Positions 61,035-64,000 of a stretch of 64,000 bases of DNA are shown one piece after another. Both the position numbers and the translations under genes were made by a program. Within the stretch, counting starts at the first letter, position 1. Every line of letters begins with the position of its first letter. Below the pieces are notes generated by a model. It was not told the DNA's origin. It saw nothing but the letters and a program-made list of their open reading frames with translations, and did no database searches. Origin of the DNA: Chitinophagaceae bacterium (GTDB lineage: Bacteria > Bacteroidota > Bacteroidia > Chitinophagales > Chitinophagaceae); contig CANCEU010000001.1 of the NCBI GenBank assembly GCA_947375185.1, forward strand, positions 22,279 to 86,278, given 5' to 3'.

Positions 61035-61733
61035 TTATTGTAGTGCTTTGCGAAATTCATCTACTGTTACAATGCCCGTCTTTCTCCAAATCTCTTTCCC
61101 ATTTTTAAATATAATAAACGTAGGCAGGACTTCGAATTTTAAATGTTTCATAACATCCAAATCAATTCCACCATCTACTGCTAAAAAATAAAGACTATTT
61201 GCATATTCCTTTTTTACTTGATCAATTGTTGGAAGCATTTTGCGACAAGGTGGACACCAAGTGGCCCCAATATCTACTAGCACTAATTTATTTTTTGAAA
61301 TAACACTTTCAAAATCTGTAACACGCATTTGAACGGTATTATCGTTTCCTTCCACAGGCAAATTATTCATCTTCCAATTGCTCATTCCACCTTCCAAATT
61401 AACCACTGTAAAACCCTTATCAGCTAAGTATGCTCCTGCAGCTGCACTTCTACCACCTGCTTGACAATAAATATATATTGTTGATTTTTTGTCCAAATGC
61501 TGTGTTCGATTTTCAAATTCGTTTCTGTCATTCCAATTCGCTTGCAGTGCACTTTTAATATGTCCACTTTGATATTCACCAGCAGTTCGCACGTCCAATA
61601 TTTGCACTCCTGGCTTTTCAATATCTTTTTGATAAGCTTGTGCAGTCATGGTGGATACACTACTACTTTGCTGAGCACAGCTTACGAAAAAAATAGCCAA
61701 TGCAATTAAGCTTGTACAAATTTTACATTTCAT
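61035..61733 (-). CDS. Lipoprotein fusion: rhodanese domain plus thioredoxin domain
   Basis: Lipobox FFVSC; ILDVRT..EY..GHI and YCQAGGRS (rhodanese); DIGATWCPPC (thioredoxin). Confidence 0.85.
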   Translation of the reverse strand: MKCKICTSLIALAIFFVSCAQQSSSVSTMTAQAYQKDIEKPGVQILDVRTAGEYQSGHIKSALQANWNDRNEFENRTQHLDKKSTIYIYCQAGGRSAAAGAYLADKGFTVVNLEGGMSNWKMNNLPVEGNDNTVQMRVTDFESVISKNKLVLVDIGATWCPPCRKMLPTIDQVKKEYANSLYFLAVDGGIDLDVMKHLKFEVLPTFIIFKNGKEIWRKTGIVTVDEFRKALQ

Positions 61734-61763
61734 AAAAAAAATTATATAGTAAATCTACTAAAA

Positions 61764-62411
61764 TTAGTAGGTAACTGAAACAGGGAATGTTTTATTATTA
61801 ATCCCTAAAATTGCAGCAGCGGCGTCATTCAAACGATATTGAACCGAATTACCCACTTCAGGTAATGCATTAATAACCTTAGCACATATACTTTTTAAGT
61901 CAGGAGTTGTTATTCTTACTATCGTTCCAATAGGCAATAAATTGGTTAAGACATAAAACTTTTTATCGTCCCACCCGCTCATGCTTTTAAAAACAGCTGC
62001 AGTACCTTCAATAGTTTGAAAAGTGGACGCCTTCGTTTTACTAGCAAACATTGAAGCAAAATAACCTTCCTTGTCTTCTTTTAGATTATTTTGAAATGTG
62101 GCTTTATGCGTACTATCAGCAATTCTATTTTTCTCATTATTATTAGCAATCATTTGTTTTGAATTGCTAATTACTCTTGCTCCGTTGGTATCTGTAGTAA
62201 CTACTGTTTCGCTCTTTATATCGACAGGTATATGCGATTTTTTCTTCCCACGTCCCTTTACAATACGTTTGCTCTTTTTACTAGTAGCCTTACTTGAGGT
62301 TTTTGAAGAATGTACTACATGCTTGCCTCCTTTTTGCTTTTTAGCAAAGGCAGTATCACTAGTAAAAACACTAATGATGACAATCAATAAGAAAATACCT
62401 CTTTTCAACAT
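61764..62411 (-). CDS. Exported hypothetical protein: Lys-rich linker plus RlpA-like double-psi beta-barrel C-terminus
   Basis: Signal peptide; basic low-complexity stretch; GTAAVF...PIGTIVRIT...AKVINAL...RLNDAAAAILG. Confidence 0.5.
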   Translation of the reverse strand: MLKRGIFLLIVIISVFTSDTAFAKKQKGGKHVVHSSKTSSKATSKKSKRIVKGRGKKKSHIPVDIKSETVVTTDTNGARVISNSKQMIANNNEKNRIADSTHKATFQNNLKEDKEGYFASMFASKTKASTFQTIEGTAAVFKSMSGWDDKKFYVLTNLLPIGTIVRITTPDLKSICAKVINALPEVGNSVQYRLNDAAAAILGINNKTFPVSVTY

Positions 62412-62486
62412 GGGCCCAAAGGTACTAAATTGAAATGCAAAGAAAAAGCGAATTAACGAATTAAATTAATTTATAATACATAAATC

Positions 62487-63848
62487 TTAGTATTTCAATA
62501 TTCTCCATTCAGTGGGATAGTAATTATTTGTCCTATTGGGCAGCAATTTTGCCCATCCTAATATAATTTGTTGGTAACTGACCGCTTGCCAACCATTAAC
62601 CCCTGTTAATATTAAATCAGCTCTTCTTAAATATTGTAACGCAGTAGCCTCATCCACTTCAATACGCCCATAAGGCAGTTGCTCCCAACTACTCATTGCT
62701 AATGCATGTGCCGGGATCAAATCTTTACCCTTAATCTCCCCAATGTCTAATCCCAATTTTTTTACATACAGATTTTTAAGCAGCGCTTTAATGGGAGCTT
62801 CAAAAAAAGCTGGCATGGCGATTATTGTTTTTTGATGACTTATATAAATGAATTGATTTGACAAATTCAAATGAGTTGAAAGCAATGCATGCTCCTGTTT
62901 GGTAATTGGATTCCATTTAAAATCATTTGTATAATAACCTCCAACCAATGTCGATTGTTTTTGAAAAACAGTTACAAAAAAACCTTCCCCCTGAATTTTA
63001 TCAGGATAAAATCTAAACCCTTGTGCATGATGAACGGGGCTTTCACACGTTATAATATTCCATTCAACAGGTGGGTGTAAATTAATATTTTGCATGCCAG
63101 GCATGGCCGCAATTCTATCCATCATTTCCTCATCTTCCTCAAATGAATAGGAGCAGGTAGAATAAATAAGGTAGCCGCCAACTTTTAATGCATCCATACT
63201 TTCTTCTAAAATCCTAGCTTGTCTAGTACTGCAATGCTGTACACTCTCTTCACTCCATTCATTAATTGCATCAGGCTCCTTACGAAACAACCCACTTCCA
63301 CTACAAGGAGCATCAATTAACATTACATCAAAAAATTGTGGCAGAGACTTAAAATGAGAAGGATCGTTTTGCGTTACTACTACTTGATCATTCCCCCACT
63401 TCGTAATATTCTCAACTAAAATTGCATTTCGTGACTTAATTGTTTCATTGGCAACAACAAGTCCATCTTTAAAATGACTTGCCAACAATGTTGATTTACC
63501 ACCTGGTGCTGCACATAAATCCAATGCAATTTTACCTTGGGTTTCAGGCACAATCTGCTCTAAAATATATTGCACAAACATACTACTAGCCTCTTGAACA
63601 TAGTAAGCGCCAGCATGCCATAATGGATCCGTAACAAAGAATGGTCTTGCTGGCAAGTAATACCCATTTTTGCACCAAGGAATTGAAGATGTTTGATTTA
63701 AAAATTTATGCGTAGTCGAATCAACAAACTTCATTGGATTCATTCGCAACGAAGTTACTTGTTCACCTAAATCATGAACACGCACAAAACTTTCCTTGTC
63801 GAATCCCGGCAAGCCCTTAAGTGAATTTAAAAATGATTCAGGTAGCAA
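62487..63848 (-). CDS. RsmB/NOP2-family (RsmF-like) rRNA m5C methyltransferase
   Basis: YYVQEASSM, DLCAAPGGKS, DAPCSGSG, YSTCS, FYPDKIQGEGFF, C-terminal PUA-like region. Confidence 0.92.
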   Translation of the reverse strand: MLPESFLNSLKGLPGFDKESFVRVHDLGEQVTSLRMNPMKFVDSTTHKFLNQTSSIPWCKNGYYLPARPFFVTDPLWHAGAYYVQEASSMFVQYILEQIVPETQGKIALDLCAAPGGKSTLLASHFKDGLVVANETIKSRNAILVENITKWGNDQVVVTQNDPSHFKSLPQFFDVMLIDAPCSGSGLFRKEPDAINEWSEESVQHCSTRQARILEESMDALKVGGYLIYSTCSYSFEEDEEMMDRIAAMPGMQNINLHPPVEWNIITCESPVHHAQGFRFYPDKIQGEGFFVTVFQKQSTLVGGYYTNDFKWNPITKQEHALLSTHLNLSNQFIYISHQKTIIAMPAFFEAPIKALLKNLYVKKLGLDIGEIKGKDLIPAHALAMSSWEQLPYGRIEVDEATALQYLRRADLILTGVNGWQAVSYQQIILGWAKLLPNRTNNYYPTEWRILKY

Positions 63849-63860
63849 AGCGATTCTTTA

Positions 63861-64000
63861 TTAATAACGAATGATAAAATGTTCTTTTTCTTTTTGTGCT
63901 TTTCTAATAAAAACAAGCCCAATAAAAAATAAGTCAATAGTTAAAGTTACGGCATGGTGGTTTTTTATTTCGTCCCAAGCCCTTTCCATTTCAGCACTCC
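63861..64000 (-). CDS. C-terminus of a probable class I SAM-dependent methyltransferase (5'-partial)
   Basis: Manual translation SAEMERAWDEIKNHHAVTLTIDLFFIGLVFIRKAQKEKEHFIIRY*, recalled as a Bacteroidota methyltransferase C-terminus. Confidence 0.65.
   Translation of the reverse strand, partial: SAEMERAWDEIKNHHAVTLTIDLFFIGLVFIRKAQKEKEHFIIRY

Noticed and set aside
2139-63080. Short ORF-track calls antisense to or overlapping real genes (e.g. 2139..2363, 3421..3684, 9434..9664, 14319..14600, 41787..42089, 44106..44513, 52137..52403, 60065..60490, 62098..62433)
   Set aside because: They lie fully within well-supported genes on the other strand or frame and have no recognisable motifs
1-64000. 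CRISPR array, tRNA/rRNA genes, integrase/transposase, prophage
   Set aside because: No regularly spaced repeats, T-arm (GTTCGA) cloverleaves, rRNA-like sequence or DDE/tyrosine-recombinase ORFs found on reading either strand; a tRNAscan/Infernal run would be the formal check

Overview
AT-rich (roughly one third G+C, estimated by eye), gene-dense chromosomal segment of a Bacteroidota bacterium. It is probably Chitinophagaceae/Sediminibacterium-like; this is inferred from protein families, the TAnnTTTG -7 promoter motif and the lack of Shine-Dalgarno sites. About 58 CDS, mostly housekeeping: proS, truB, miaA, CCA enzyme, tsaC-like, queG, fmt, prmC, clpB, gcvP, ispH, cmk, folK, dapD, pepT, sppA, TamL-like, T9SS plug-like and an ExbBD pair. 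There is also an SRP RNA. I saw no tRNA, rRNA, CRISPR array, integrase or transposase. Main points of interest: (1) a translationally coupled M42 peptidase / class I glutamine amidotransferase / ATP-grasp-like operon with unknown product; (2) an AT-rich membrane-spanning sensor-regulator next to an orphan minus-strand terminator; (3) a hicAB locus with an intact antitoxin and operator-like palindrome but a doubly inactivated toxin; (4) a solo phage-repressor-like HTH gene with 15-bp direct repeats upstream; (5) many genes whose start codon lies at the predicted transcription start, suggesting leaderless mRNAs; (6) a sigma54-like promoter upstream of clpB. All family assignments come from recognising motifs by eye; no searches were run.
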